A stretch of DNA of 63,974 nt, the filler included, from Octopus bimaculoides (lineage: Eukaryota): NCBI RefSeq assembly GCF_001194135.2. It is 5 parts of 5 records of this genome, joined end to end, with 100 filler letters (N's around TTAATTAATTAA, not from the genome) between each part and the next. Parts side by side here need not be neighbours in the genome. Positions count along the whole stretch, not along the records: positions 13,686 to 28,351 come from NC_069002.1; positions 28,452 to 43,229 come from NC_068998.1; 3 more parts are not named here. The stretch is one strand, 5' to 3'. The notes beneath the pieces were generated by a model. The model made no database searches and was not told the DNA's origin. It saw only the letters and a program-made list of their open reading frames with translations. Each line of letters opens with the position of its first letter. Position 1 is the first letter of the stretch. Shown here one piece after another: positions 25,472 through 40,329 of this stretch. The translations under genes and the position numbers were made by a program.

Positions 25472-26299
25472 AATATGCTACTAGATTTTCGTAATACACT
25501 TGGAGACTGATACAACGTAATGACAGCACTTATAAAAGGTCAATCCTTCTTTTTTGCACCTGCTCACAAGTACAGCAATCGTAGAAAAAAAAAGACTGAG
25601 TTGTCATCTTTGCTTAACAAAAAAAGATTGTAACATTTCAGCAGAACGAAAACAACTTGAACACACGAAACGACAACTTGAGTACTTGTTTACATAAAGC
25701 GAAAATTTTGTTGTGTAATTTTCGTAAGACAGATCTATAAAAGTATGAAATGTCTGACAGTTTCCCATTTTATCGTTGCTTTTGATTTTGTTCTTTTTTT
25801 TTCCGTTTAACCATTCCAACTGCACCTCGTTTCGGGTTGCTTTCGATCATCGAACATGAAAATACAGTTGCAAACGCATTCTAGAAACATTTTTTTTTTC
25901 TTTTTTAGATATTCTACGGATTTCTCTTTTTTGCCTCTACATTTTTTTTTCTTTTCTCTGCTTTTTACATTTAAATATTTGAACGTTTTGTGAATGGCCT
26001 TCAGCTCAATGAAGATAACTTTAGTTTACAAGACTGAATTACACACTATCAATTAAATTATTTATTTATATTTACACAAATGTTTCTTAATTTTATAAAG
26101 AAACAATTCAATATTTTAGATATTTTCCTATTTTTGTTTTTTAATTTCATTCCAACATATTTTCAAATTTAGTGTGCTGATGTAGTTTTGTATGCTAATT
26201 TTTCAACTAAATTAATAAATAAAAATTTAATAGTTTTTAAAGTTTGTAAATTTTGAGTAATTTTAGCCAATCGAAAGCCACAGAATCAATGGTGCCTGT

Positions 26300-27040
26300 T
26301 TCTATAGTAGCAAACCAAGCTGTAGTCTGCTTCCGAAAAGAATGCAACGTGTGTGTGTCTGTCAAAAGATATATAGTTGGAATGTTGCACCCTTCCTCTA
26401 AGAACTGTACGTTTTATTTATTTATATTTCTTTTACCTTTACTCATGGATTAAGAAATTGACTTCAGTCCTGCTTTGTATTGAAAAACCTGGGTATGAGT
26501 CACTGCACAGCTACAGATTACAACACGGGTAATGTGTGTGAAGGACCAACTCCGCAACCCAGTTCAGATAGGCGGTTCTGGGAAGATTGTTGAAACAGAA
26601 GGAACTGTCTTCTCAAGGCGTAAATGTAACCGATGAAAGGCGCATGATACCTGAACAGTGGGTTTTCAGGGGAATGTGTCGCGAGACCAGACATGTTCTT
26701 TTCTTTATGTCGTGCTATGTGGGAATCATGACACACTAGAGGACTGCATACATCAGTAAGTTCTTCGTGGAACCACAATTTTCAGTGACTTGTGGATGGC
26801 CTACACTCGCATTCTGATGGTTATTATTTTTATCAAAGAACAGTCAATCATAGCGTTGAGTTTATTAATTTGGAAGATGGTACCTTCACGAAACAAGCAG
26901 GATAAAGGTGCATGGGCCTGTGTAAAACGAAGGAATAAACGATGCTGTGAGACCCACTGTTCTATGGTTGGCTCATATTTCTGCTAATGTATGTGGCGCA
27001 GGATATACGAAAATTGTAATTTGTTTGAAAATCTTCTACG
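26300..27040 (+). pseudogene. Merlin / IS1595 (ISXO2-like) DDE transposase remnant
   Basis: Frameshifted pieces QIGGSGKIVETEGTVFSRRKCNR, MIPEQWVFRGMCRET, FSDLWMAY and GAWACVKRRNKRCCETH.SMVGSYFC*CMWRR match the ISXO2-like order (GG.G..VE.DE, WVFG, SD.W.AY, YL.EF.WR). No TIRs identified. Confidence 0.8.
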
Positions 27041-28049
27041 GTGTCTTTCAAACTTCCTTTTTTGAATTTTCGCTACCAAAAATGTATTGATAGTTTACAT
27101 GAACCGTACAATCACTGCAGTAGTATAAGGTACAGTTTGTTTTTTCTGTAATTTTCTGCAAAAAAATTCACATTACTCTTTTCGTTAAAACTTATTAAAA
27201 CTTCAAAATTTCATACAACTTTCGTCATGACGTTTCTGCTTTCATTTTGTGATAGACACGCATCACGGAGAAAATGACAGCTTCTTGTTTACTGATTGGG
27301 TAAAAATTATCGAACTTAAGCCCTTTGTAATGTTTTTCTAAAATTTTTCTGGAACATGTTAACAAAATCGGATTGAGCGTGAAAAATAACAACGATACAT
27401 CAAAGTTGAAAATTTTCACTTAATTTTAAGATTTCAAAAACAGTGGCAATTTTAGAAATGATCCAAATTTGTTATGTGCAAATTTATCTTTACACATGCA
27501 ATCAATCGAATGTTTTTTTCAAGTTGCTTTGTTTTGCTTTTTAAACATTCTTTTTAACAGTTCAGGTGTGTGTGTACATACATATATACAGGCATACATA
27601 TATGGATGGATGGGTGGATGGATGGATGGATGGATGGATGGATGGATGGATGGATGGAGGAATATGGTCGTGCATGCGTATATGTAGTTCATTTCATTAC
27701 TTCATTTCTACCCATTTTGAAAGCAAAACTACGGTGTTGTAGTTGCAGAGACCGCTGAGGATAGTTACTCACATATTACTCGAACTAGAATCTTTTACGC
27801 AAATGAACTCATTTGAGAATATGAAACCACACACGATGATTGTAGGTATTTCACAAGCAATATCATCGCTTGAATAATTCAAACGCATTATACAAACTTA
27901 TTAAGTTGGAATATAGTATTTATTTATAAACTAAAACTGTGTTTTAGATGTTATCGTCACCTTACTAATGTTTTTGATTGAATGACCAGACAAAAAGCCG
28001 CCACACTTCGAAATCAGGAACAAAGAATATAGTTTCATATAAATGTATA

Positions 28050-28128
<79 letters not shown>

Positions 28129-28319
28129 GCATGTATGTATGTATGTATTATGTATGTATGTATGTATGTATCTATACACCTAAATTTTCCAAACATATAT
28201 GCACATATCTATATAGGTGAATATATATTTAGGTATTTATATAATTTCGTACCGGTATATATTCTAATATACATATATAGCGTGTATGTATATATTATAT
28301 ATATATGAATATGAGTATG

Positions 28320-28351
<32 letters not shown>

Positions 28352-28451
28352 NNNNNNNNNNNNNNNNNNNNNNNNNNNNNNNNNNNNNNNNNNNNTTAAT
28401 TAATTAANNNNNNNNNNNNNNNNNNNNNNNNNNNNNNNNNNNNNNNNNNNN
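28352..28451. other. Artificial scaffold-join spacer
   Basis: 44 N + TTAATTAATTAA + 44 N. Confidence 0.95.
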
Positions 28452-29171
28452 AAGATGGCTGCCGTCTAATAACTAAAACAAGTAAAAAATAAAGCGACCC
28501 CTAACCATCTTAGACAACGGTAAAGTTCGTAATGTAATACCCTGACTGTGTGTACTTTGATTGGGTGAAAGACAAGATGGATGTGGCCAGGAAGTGTTTA
28601 ACCTTTGGTCTCTTTAGTCTCTGAGCAGACTCGGGATCAACCAAAAAACAAACAAAAAAAAAAAGACAGGGCAACACTAGCAACAAACCAACACAAACAA
28701 GTATACAAAAAGAAACGCAAGAGAAGAGAAAGACAATGTTTGACCTCGAATTTACGATGTTGCCAGTTCAGTCCACGAGCGAGGAAGTTTGCAGAACTGC
28801 AAAAGAAGTCAGCTAAGTTATAGAGAAGTGAGATAACTTCGCGGAAAGCTTAATGATCTCCGTAAATTTAATCAATGGGTTGAATCGTTTTAGATATAGT
28901 GAAGACGAAAATCATCAAGGAATAATAATCATTCGTGCAGTGGAAACAAAGAAAAACGAAACAAACGAAACAAACAAACAAAGAAGTAAAAAACTAATTG
29001 GGTCAGGTAAGAACTTGGATGATAAAAATCCTCGTTCATTAGAAAGATTTGTGGTGGAGATACAAGAGAATGGATAAAACGCAAAAGAGCGAAATGAAGG
29101 GAGATTAGAATGGAGAGAAAGCAGAGAGATAAATAGAAACGGAGAGAGAGAGAGAGAGAGAGCGAGAGAGC

Positions 29172-29207
<36 letters not shown>

Positions 29208-29474
29208 GGAGAGAGAGAAGGAAAGAAAGATAAACTAAAAGCAAAAAAAAAGAAATGAGACGAAGTGAAAGAGAGACCGATAGGCAGAAAAATGAGAGGA
29301 ACCAAAAGAAAAAAAATGCCAGGGAAGAAGAGGGATAAGGAAACAAGGTAGAGACACAAAGATACATATACAGACATGCACACACACACACACACACGCA
29401 CACACACACACACATGCGCGCTCACTCGCAAAATAAGCTCGGGAAAATAACTCAAATGGACCTATAGCATAATA

Positions 29475-29537
<63 letters not shown>

Positions 29538-29896
29538 AAGAGAGAAGGTGATAAAATGAGAGGGAGGAGGGAAAGAGAAAGACGAAGAGTGATGATAGTC
29601 GGTAGAATGGGTGAACAAGAAAGAAAAGAAATATAACTTACATCCCACCAGCAAAACTTACATATTATGCACATACATATAAATACACTTAGAAATACAG
29701 ACATGCATACATACATACATACAAACATACATACATACATACATACATATTTATTTATATATACATGTATGTACTTAAATATATGTGTGTTTATGTGTGT
29801 GTGTCTTTATACGTATGTGCATATGTAAGTATACACATACATATATATATATGCATATATATATGCATATATATATGTATGTGTGTGTATATACAT

Positions 29897-29933
<37 letters not shown>

Positions 29934-30589
29934 NNNNNNNNNNNNNNNNNNNNNNNNNNNNNNNNNNNNNNNNNNNNNNNNNNNNNNNNNNNNNNNNNNN
30001 NNNNNNNNNNNNNNNNNNNNNNNNNNNNNNNNNNNNNNNNNNNNNNNNNNNNNNNNNNNNNNNNNNNNNNNNNNNNNNNNNNNNNNNNNNNNNNNNNNNN
30101 NNNNNNNNNNNNNNNNNNNNNNNNNNNNNNNNNNNNNNNNNNNNNNNNNNNNNNNNNNNNNNNNNNNNNNNNNNNNNNNNNNNNNNNNNNNNNNNNNNNN
30201 NNNNNNNNNNNNNNNNNNNNNNNNNNNNNNNNNNNNNNNNGCCGAAGCACCACCACCACCACCACCACCACCACAATCCCAAATAACAGTAACCACGACG
30301 ACGACTACACGAAGAATAAATAGTAAATAGTTGTAAATCTATCATTAAGACATTTTCTTCAAGTCAATGCACTTTACCTTATTAGTTTAGACGAATCTTT
30401 TATATTGCAGCTGTTATAAAATCAAGACTGATATTTTCCCGCCTAAGGGAGGAACCAGTCATATCTCATCTTAGAAAGTCATAGCTTTTTCCCTTGTAGC
30501 ATGTTTTGTAGTTAACGCCATTTTACTTACACGTCTGCCGTACACTTTTAGCAAATCACCCGCCATCTTTTTTTTTTTTTTAAATGCTT

Positions 30590-30643
30590 TATTTACTATT
30601 ATTATTATTATATTTTATCTATTGTTATCATTGTTATTTTTTT

Positions 30644-30676
<33 letters not shown>

Positions 30677-30843
30677 GTCGTCGTCGTCGTCATCATCATC
30701 AAAACCACCACCGCTACTACCACCACCATCACCATCACCGTCATCATCATCATAGCCATTGTCATTATTAATACTATTGTTGCTGTAGTAGTAATTATTA
30801 TTATTGTTGTTATTATTATTACTAGTATTATTCTTGTTGTTGA

Positions 30844-30875
<32 letters not shown>

Positions 30876-31398
30876 TTTTTAGTGTTGTTTATTTCCGAAT
30901 GGCAAACACCTAAATGAACAATATCTTTGTTTATGAGTGTTTGATGTTGTTGATTAACATTTTTGTTGTTGTTGTTGCTGCTGCTGCTGCCACTGTTGTT
31001 TTTTGTTGATGTAGGTATTTGTCCTTTGTTTTTTTTTTGTTTTTGTTTTCTACAACATTTGCCAAATAGATAGATGTGTCTTAATAGATCAAGCATTACC
31101 ATAAAGGAGAATTAGGACTTCTCGTATCACCTCAACACCGCCGCTGCCTCTGACAGAACAAAAGTTGAGCCAATTATGAAGAGGAGAGAAGAGATCGGGA
31201 CTCACAAGATACGCGATGCATTTATTATACCACCACGAGGAACTAGTCATCGTCTTCATTTTCGTCGTCGTCGTCGTCGTCGTCGTCCTCCTCGTCCTCC
31301 TCCTCCTCCTCCTCCTCCACCTCCTCCACCTCATCATCATCATCATCACCACCACCACCACCATCACCACCACCACCATCATCATCATCATCAATATC
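30590..31398. repeat. Mosaic trinucleotide tracts (ATT, CAT, CGT, CAC, GTT, CCT)
   Basis: Directly visible. They are the source of the poly-D/N/H/P pseudo-ORFs. Confidence 0.9.
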
Positions 31399-32613
31399 NN
31401 NNNNNNNNNNNNNNNNNNNNNNNNNNNNNNNNNNNNNNNNNNNNNNNNNNNNNNNNNNNNNNNNNNNNNNNNNNNNNNNNNNNNNNNNNNNNNNNNNNNN
31501 NNNNNNNNNNNNNNNNNNNNNNNNNNNNNNNNNNNNNNNNNNNNNNNNNNNNNNNNNNNNNNNNNNNNNNNNNNNNNNNNNNNNNNNNNNNNNNNNNNNN
31601 NNNNNNNNNNNNNNNNNNNNNNNNNNNNNNNNNNNNNNNNNNNNNNNNNNNNNNNNNNNNNNNNNNNNNNNNNNNNNNNNNNNNNNNNNNNNNNNNNNNN
31701 NNNNNNNNNNNNNNNNNNNNNNNNNNNNNNNNNNNNNNNNNNNNNNNNNNNNNNNNNNNNNNNNNNNNNNNNNNNNNNNNNNNNNNNNNNNNNNNNNNNN
31801 NNNNNNNNNNNNNNNNNNNNNNNNNNNNNNNNNNNNNNNNNNNNNNNNNNNNNNNNNNATATATATATATATATAGATAGATAGATATATACTGACTCAA
31901 ATCTACATATACCTGCGTATATAGAACATATATAGACAACACATGAGTTTACATTCCTTTATATACATATAGTATCACACACATACGCCCGCACTGACAT
32001 GCATGCACACGCTCATATGCATAGTCATACACACACACACAAACAAATACACACAAACCCACACAAACACACACATACAAATACACACATAAGCACACAC
32101 AAATACACATGCATACATGCCTCTGTGTATTTTATGTGTGTATTCTTTATTTACGAAAACATTTTCCCGTCTGATTTTATAGTAATTTGCTTGGTGCAAA
32201 GTTCTCAAGATTTAATGAGAATAATTTGCTCTTATAAATTGCTGTTATCAACCAAGGCTTACATTGCCAATACATCAAAGAGAAAAGCTATTGACAATTG
32301 CTATGTCACTCATCTCACTCATCCAATCATACGTATGCTGATGTGATGATTAAGTAAGTACGACAAATAAATAAAAATATTTAAATACAACATATCGTAA
32401 CGTACAACATATCCTGAACACTGAACCTAAGATTTCGAGCCTGAGGCTCATAATCTACCATTGTCACTTAAATTGTTTTGTATTGTTTTTGTTTGTTTGT
32501 TGTTGCAATATTTCTCCTCAATATGCAGCTTCTAATTGACATTCACGACTGATGCTTTGTTGGTGTAAAATATAAGAATCTTACCTAACTAAATTTTCTC
32601 TTCGAAAAATCTT

Positions 32614-32674
<61 letters not shown>

Positions 32675-32949
32675 AACTTCAGCGAGCAATGAGCAAGCTT
32701 CAGTTAATTTCAATAACATAACGCTTCGTCAAATGGTGGCCTAAATAACTTTCAAAGATTCTGTCCACTAAATGATAATGTGGGTAAGGTTGTTGTTGTT
32801 ACTACTACAGTTTATGATGTTGATGCCGATGTTGATGATGATGTTGATGATGATGACGATGGGGATGATGATGATAATACATACATAATACATAAATACA
32901 TACATACATACATACATACATACATACATACATACATACATACATACAT

Positions 32950-34450
32950 GATTGTTTCCCCTATATCTAATGGGCAATATTACAGATGTCTAGGGATGAA
33001 TGAAAACATATCTTAAAAATGATACCTGTAACAAAACACGGGTCAAATATAAGTGTCACAGCCGAATAAAGAAAATTTGGGCCTCGGAACCCTCTGCATC
33101 CAATAAAACAGTGGCCCACAATGTGTTTGCAGTTCCAGTACTCATACCAACATTTGGGCTGCTTGATTGGACGCTTGATGAGATTCGAGCCATTGATGTG
33201 AAAACCCGGAAAATACTAACAAACACATAATTTCCATATAAACAGTGACGCAAGACCACATCTACATAGAACGAAAACAAGACGGCGGAGGCTTAACATC
33301 AATCCAAAATGCCTTCGAATGTCGTATCATATCCCTTCGGCAACATCTTTTAACCACCAAGTGTCGAAGTGCATTCCTTGACCAAGTTTGCATACATGAG
33401 GCTGATAACATCATAAGACTTGGAAGGCAGTTCCTTGAGCAGCATTCCTTGTCTGACAGCCTTAAATACATGCTTAAAGAAGTCGTACAATCCAACCGCA
33501 ATGTATCATCAGATGAAAGGATGAGGATATATGAGCAGAAGACCATGCATGAATATGCTAATAGAAAGCTAAGAGATGAGAGTAACATCGATCACTAAGG
33601 CGGTCTATCATGGACCAACAACCGGGTTTCTACCTCCCACTTTGAAAGGTATGTGCTTGCAATCCAGGAACAGAAAATATCAACCAAATACCTGATGCAC
33701 AAAAGGGACAGAGACGCAAGAAAAATAGTAAAGTGTGACAACGATGCAGACTTTGTGGGGTTATTACCCACATTATAAGCAGTTGTCTAAAAATGTGATC
33801 ACGGTATTGTCTACCGATGAAACATGATGTTGTAGCTAGGACACTGTATAACGAGATCCGTCAAAAGATAACCTCGAGGACAAAGAAATAAGAACTGACA
33901 GTATGGTAGAAGCCATAACCACTCATAATAAAAAATAGTACTGGTGGAATGTCCCATTGAAGACTTCAATAAAATGTAAGCACAACAGACCTGATATAAT
34001 GATTTGGGATAGAGAAGAGAAACTGTGCACAGCTATGGAAATCGGCTGCCCAGCAAATGTTAACATAAAGCTGAAGATCAGTGAAAAAGAGAACACCTAT
34101 GCTGAACTATTGAGAGATCTGCAGTTACTCTATCTAGACAACAAGTTCAGGTTTATACCTGTAATTATTAGGGTACTGGGATATGTAACACACTACCTAA
34201 GTACCAATCTTGAGAAATTAGTCTTCTCAAAACCAGAAAAGAGAAAGCTGATTCGAAGTGTAAAAATCTCTAAAACTTTCCAGAAGTTTATCATTTAAGT
34301 ATATCTGAGCATGTTTAGATATGCAAGTATATGTATGAGAAGACATGCATAAAACAAAACATATAGAAATTGCTCGTATACATATATAAGACAAAATATA
34401 CAAGTATACGAAGTTTTAAAGTGTTTCGGTAGAAAACACAAATAAAAAAT
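32950..34450 (+). mobile_element. R4/Dong-like (RLE) non-LTR retrotransposon, 5'-truncated and decayed
   Basis: RIKKIWASE..NK..AHNVFAVPVLIPTFGLLDW..EIRAIDVKTRKIL, YIERKQDGGGL, and the RLE domain HNRPDIMIWD...EIGCP...K..EKENTY.EL...IPVII.VLG. Confidence 0.88.
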
Positions 34451-34469
34451 GGTGTCCGCCAAATCAGAA

Positions 34470-34598
34470 AGATCCTCTATCTACCAAATTCATTCACAAG
34501 GACTTGGTCGGCCCGGGTCTATAGAAGACGACGCTTGCCCAAGGTGCCATGCAAAGGGACTGAACCCGGAACCGTATGGTTGGGAGACCACACACACA
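34470..34598 (-). mobile_element. SINE family A head fragment
   Basis: CTACCAAATTCATTCACAAGGACTTGGTCGGCCCG...TTGCCCAAGGTGCCATGCAAAGGGACTGAACCCGGAACC. Confidence 0.8.
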
Positions 34599-35149
34599 NN
34601 NNNNNNNNNNNNNNNNNNNNNNNNNNNNNNNNNNNNNNNNNNNNNNNNNNNNNNNNNNNNNNNNNNNNNNNNNNNNNNNNNNNNNNNNNNNNNNNNNNNN
34701 NNNNNNNNNNNNNNNNNNNNNNNNNNNNNNNNNNNNNNNNNNNNNNNNNNNNNNNNNNNNNNNNNNNNNNNNNNNNNNNNNNNNNNNNNNNNNNNNNNNN
34801 NNNNNNNNNNNNNNNNNNNNNNNNNNNNNNNNNNNNNNNNNNNNNNNNNNNNNNNNNNNNNNNNNNNNNNNNNNNNNNNNNNNNNNNNNNNNNNNNNNNN
34901 NACACACACGCGTTCATAGCTATCATTTTAACTCCTTCTCTCTACACAATCATACACTCTTTATCTACCATATTTTCTCTCCCCCCTCTCTCTCTCTCTT
35001 TCACTTTCTTTCGCTTCTATATTTCAGAAAGCACCTGCTCATTTGATGCGAAACACGAAATGAATGTGAACCAGCGAAGACAAAGAGTGTGTTCTGCTCG
35101 CTTTGTGTCTTTCCTTTCAGCGAATTAACTGACGAGGATGTGGGTCAGT

Positions 35150-35400
35150 TACTAGTTTCAGTCGCTGGACTGTGGCCATGCTGGGGCACAACTTTCAAGG
35201 GTTTTAGTGGAACAAATCGATTCCAGTATCTATGTTTTTTCTTTTTTTTCTTCTTTTCCTCTTTATTTTTTTGTTAAGCCTGGTTCTTATTCTTATTCTA
35301 TCGGTCTCTTATGTCGATTCGCTAATTTACGGAGTCGTAGGCAAATTGACACCAGTTATGAAGCGGTGGTTTGAGATGGTGGTAAACATAGACACAAAGA
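35150..35400 (-). mobile_element. SINE family A, 3' half
   Basis: TTTCAGTCGCTGGACTGTGGCCATGCTGGGGCA...CTTATTCTATCGGTCTCTT. Confidence 0.75.
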
Positions 35401-35429
35401 TGCACATACACGCACACACATACACATAT

Positions 35430-35487
<58 letters not shown>

Positions 35488-35560
35488 NNNNNNNNNNNNN
35501 NNNNNNNNNNNNNNNNNNNNNNNNNNNNNNNNNNNNNNNNNNNNNNNNNNNNNNNNNNNN

Positions 35561-35597
<37 letters not shown>

Positions 35598-35842
35598 ACA
35601 CACATACACTCTCACACACAAACACACACACTCAAACACACACAAACACACACAAACACATACACATTAACACACACACACACACACATGCAGTCACACC
35701 TGCGCCTACATTTATAATTAAACACAGTATTCTCTCATGTCATAAGACACAATGAAGAAAAAAAATGGCTCAATGCGTGTGTGATACAATATAATAACGA
35801 GTGAACCTCACTCAGCTCCTCCCCTCAAATTCTTGTTACAAG

Positions 35843-36030
35843 GCAAGTGTCTTGTACTATAGTCTCGGTGTGTTTACGACCCCGTAACTTAGCGGTTCGG
35901 CAAAAAAGGGTTCGATAGAATAAGTACTAGGCTTACAAAAGAATAAGTCATGGGGTCGATTTGCTCTACTAAAAAGGCGGTGCTCCAGCATGGCCACAGT
36001 CAAATGACTGAAATAAATAAATAAGATAAA
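35843..36030 (+). mobile_element. SINE family A with central deletion
   Basis: GGCAAGTGTCTTGTACTATAGTCTCGG is joined directly to TGTGTTTACGACCCCGTAACTTAGCGG...GACTGAAATAAATAA. Confidence 0.8.
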
Positions 36031-36468
36031 AAAAACACGATAACGTTTTAACTACGCATGCATTTTTTCGGTTTGTGTTTTTTTTTTTCTTAATTCATTG
36101 CTATAAATGGCTGTTCAGACGTCTATTACATTAACGGTACGGATTGGTTCATCAAATATCTGTTAACGCCAATAAAACTTACTGCAATCCATTGGATAGA
36201 AACATCTCTGGGGGAAGTGTTCACGGCGATGTTTCGACTAGATTAGACTATNNNNNNNNNNNNNNNNNNNNNNNNNNNNNNNNNNNNNNNNNNNNNNNNN
36301 NNNNNNNNNNNNNNNNNNNNNNNNNNNNNNNNNNNNNNNNNNNNNNNNNNNNNNNNNNNNNNNNNNNNNNNNNNNNNNNNNNNNNNNNNNNNNNNNNNNN
36401 NNNNNNNNNNNNNNNNNNNNNNNNNNNNNNNNNNNNNNNNNNNNNNNNNNNNNNNNNNNNNNNNNNNN

Positions 36469-36507
<39 letters not shown>

Positions 36508-37987
36508 GAATAGAAAGCGTATTATCTGTAAAATAGATTTTTCTATTACTACAAATTGAACGTCTTTAGTCAAACAATGGATTGATAATCAAGGCATTTT
36601 CGTCATGCACACTAAGGATTTTATTTATCGTTATTGAAGAATTCAGTATGAAGAATTCATTTAGGTATCTGAGGTGGAAAGAAATGACAAGTGTAGAAAA
36701 CGGTTTTTGAAATATTCACTTAATCGAAATGAAAGCACAATTCCGTGTTTGTTTGTTTCTTTATAAAAGATATCTAAACATTGTACATGATATGTAATGT
36801 AAAAATTCTACTGAATTCTTACGTTTCCCGTTCATTTATTTAATTTTCTTTCTGTTTTTTTTTTTCAGCCTTCATATTCTTTATTATTCTTTTTTTTCTT
36901 AGCTTTCATTATTAATGTTTACATTTCAATTTGTATTAGTCTTTATCCTCTGTGGAAACGTTAGACTTCTGTAAATATATTTTTGACGACAACAACTGCG
37001 TCGATAACAACTCTATAGACTCCGTTCTCCGCTCCAAGACAGCAATAGCGGCAAGTTCTCTGAAGGGACGGCATTCATAAGGGAATTTGCAACATAACAA
37101 ATCTCACTAAAAAGTCGAAAGGAAAACAATATATGATGACGGGCTCACTGGAATATAATTTCCTAGTATATGGAACATAGGCTAGATGAAAGAAGCTATA
37201 GAAATAATAGAAATACAAACATCAAGAAGAAGAAAATGAAGTTGGTAAAGAGAGAATATGTAGTAGAAAGAAGAAGGAATATAAACAAAAACGAAAAAAA
37301 AAAATGAGAAAATATTGGATTTGAATAGAGCCTTATAAAATCAAGTCAGGCATACAGTGATAAAGTTACAAAATAAAATCGCAAAATGTAGCAAATTAGA
37401 ATTGAATATATATTTCCATAGATATATCTTTTCTTTCACCTCTCCCTTTTCCTTTCGTTTTCGTTATTCTTGTGTTCTTTTCGTTCTTTTTTTCTTTTCC
37501 CCCCCCTTACTAAATATTTCAAGTTTTGTGAAAAATGAGCAAAAATATGAGAAGCAGGAAAATATTTGCAAATAAGTATCAAGGATTTCAAAAATTGATC
37601 GGAATTCATAATATTTGCTTCTTCTATCTACATAAGCAGTTTTGCACACACATATCTATACATATGTATATATATGTATATATATCTATCTATATAAGGA
37701 ACATTTTTGTAGAAAGAAACTTCAGTGTTGGCCATGGCCCTAAATGCAATGCTTTAACAAAGGTGGAATAATTTTATAAATTCAAATTTCTTTCTCAAAC
37801 TGATAAAGAAATAAACGAAAAACTCCATGTCGTTCGAGCAGAGCCCTTTTATTGCAGAATCATTAAATATATATTTTTTTCTTCAAATCGGCACATTATT
37901 ATCTCTCATTTTCGTGCATATATATATATATACATATTTATGTATGTGTGCATGCGTGCATATGTGTGCATATGTGTGTGTATGTGT

Positions 37988-38033
<46 letters not shown>

Positions 38034-38654
38034 CTGTATTTTTTTTTTTAGTTTTTTTTTGGGGTTTTTTTTTCTTCAAAGTGCTGACTTTTGCTTTCGC
38101 GAATTATCGATTTGCTAAACTCCTTGAATTTCTAGAGAGCCTATTTGGTGAGGATTATATGTGACCAAATCACAGGTGGAAGTTAGGGGGTGGAGCTACC
38201 CCACCTTCAAACATAACCACATGCTCGCACCCCACCCCACCACATCCGACCCGTATATATATACGATTCCATATACATATGAAATGTATGTATGTATGTA
38301 TACGTTGACATTTTTCCCATCATCTCTTTTTTACCTTCTCATACTGCTCATCCTTTAATTTTTTAAACATATTATGTAATTCTGCATTACTATATATTTT
38401 ATGCTATTTTAAATTCCTTTATTATATTCAAGGTTATTCCATATTTGTCTTACTTATTATTATTTTTTGCAATTCTATTATTTCTTTATTTATTTCTAAC
38501 AATGTTTTCCAGAGCAGGTTCGGCTAAAAACATTCACGTTTTTCATGTTTAAAGTCCCTTTCAGCTTGTATATATATATTTTTGCAGCAAATTATTGTAG
38601 ACAGGCAAATAAACTATTCCTGTGTCTATCTATCTACCGAAATTATTAATATCT

Positions 38655-38810
<156 letters not shown>

Positions 38811-39709
38811 AATTATTATTAAAATTATTATCAAGGTGGTGCGCTGGGCAAAATGCTTAGCGGCAGTTCGTCTGTCTTCANNNNNNNNNNNNNNNNNNNN
38901 NNNNNNNNNNNNNNNNNNNNNNNNNNNNNNNNNNNNNNNNNNNNNNNNNNNNNNNNNNNNNNNNNNNNNNNNNNNNNNNNNNNNNNNNNNNNNNNNNNNN
39001 NNNNNNNNNNNNNNNNNNNNNNNNNNNNNNNNNNNNNNNNNNNNNNNNNNNNNNNNNNNNNNNNNNNNNNNNNNNNNNNNNNNNNNNNNNNNNNNNNNNN
39101 NNNNNNNNNNNNNNNNNNNNNNNNNNNNNNNNNNNNNNNNNNNNNNNNNNNNNNNNNNNNNNNNNNNNNNNNNNNNNNNNNNNNNNNNNNNNNNNNNNNN
39201 NNNNNNNNNNNNNNNNNNNNNNNNNNNNNNNNNNNNNNNNNNNNNNNNNNNNNNNNNNNNNNNNNNNNNNNNNNNNNNNNNNNNNNNNNNNNNNNNNNNN
39301 NNNNNNNNNNNNNNNNNNNNNNNNNNNNNNNNNNNNNNNNNNNNNNNNNNNNNNNNNNNNNNNNNNNNNNNNNNNNNNNNNNNNNNNNNNNNNNNNNNNN
39401 NNNNNNNNNNNNNNNNNNNNNNNNNNNNNNNNNNNNNNNNNNNNNNNNNNNNNNNNNNNNNNNNNNNNNNNNNNNNNNNNNNNNNNNNNNNNNNNNNNNN
39501 NNNNNNNNNNNNNNNNNNNNNNNNNNNNNNNNNNNNNNNNNNNNNNNNNNNNNNNNNNNNNNNNNNNNNNNNNNNNNNNNNNNNNNNNNNNNNNNNNNNN
39601 NNNNNNNNNNNNNNNNNNNNNNNNNNNNNNNNNNNNNNNNNNNNNNNNNNNNNNNNNNNNNNNNNNNNNNNNGGTTTGCTTACGTCCTCGTAACTTAGCG
39701 GTCCGACAA

Positions 39710-39765
39710 AAATACTTTCCTGATAATTTGTGCGGTCTGTAAGAGACAAACATTCTGTACGAGAT
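39710..39765 (-). mobile_element. Short R4/Dong-like ORF 3' fragment next to (TAA)n
   Basis: Minus strand VQNVCLLQTAQIIRKVF, resembling the QKI.LL.TAHILRK.L terminus of the other R4 copies. Confidence 0.5.
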
Positions 39766-39770
39766 TATTA

Positions 39771-39830
<60 letters not shown>

Positions 39831-40329
39831 GTATGTGGGGCAAAATGCTTAGCAGCATTTGGTGAATAGAAATTAAACGAGAGTTAATGATTTCTAGCAG
39901 AGAAGAGCGCGAAAGCTGAGTGGGGGAAGTAGGGTGAAGGGGGAGTCATGTGAAATATGCGCTGAAGGGATTACGTGTGTGACAAATTTTAATGAATACG
40001 TGTATGTGTTTTGTGTTTGTGTGAGAGGTTGGAAATTAATTGTATGAGAGATGTTATGTGTGAATGTGTGCGAATGTGAGCGAGTGTGTATTTGTATAAT
40101 AGGGAGGGGTAAAGTGGTAAGAAAAAGAGATTGTGTGAGTTTGTGTGATTCTGACGTGAGGAAGTATTGTAATCTTGATATAAAAAATAATGTGTGATAT
40201 TGGTGTCATAGGACGTAGATCTAATTAATAGGTACAGAGAAATTTATTGTGTGTGTATGTCTGTATGGCTTGAGTGTGTGTATGTGTGCGCGTACATGTG
40301 TGTGTGTGTGTGGGGGGGGAATAAGGTAT

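Noticed and set aside
28452-29080. UTR-like unique sequence with short ORFs
   Set aside because: No domain similarity or clear splice structure, so it cannot be supported as genic.
30584-31884. Poly-N/D/H/P/R ORFs resembling low-complexity transcription-factor regions
   Set aside because: Pure trinucleotide mosaics with no recognisable domain and no splice support.
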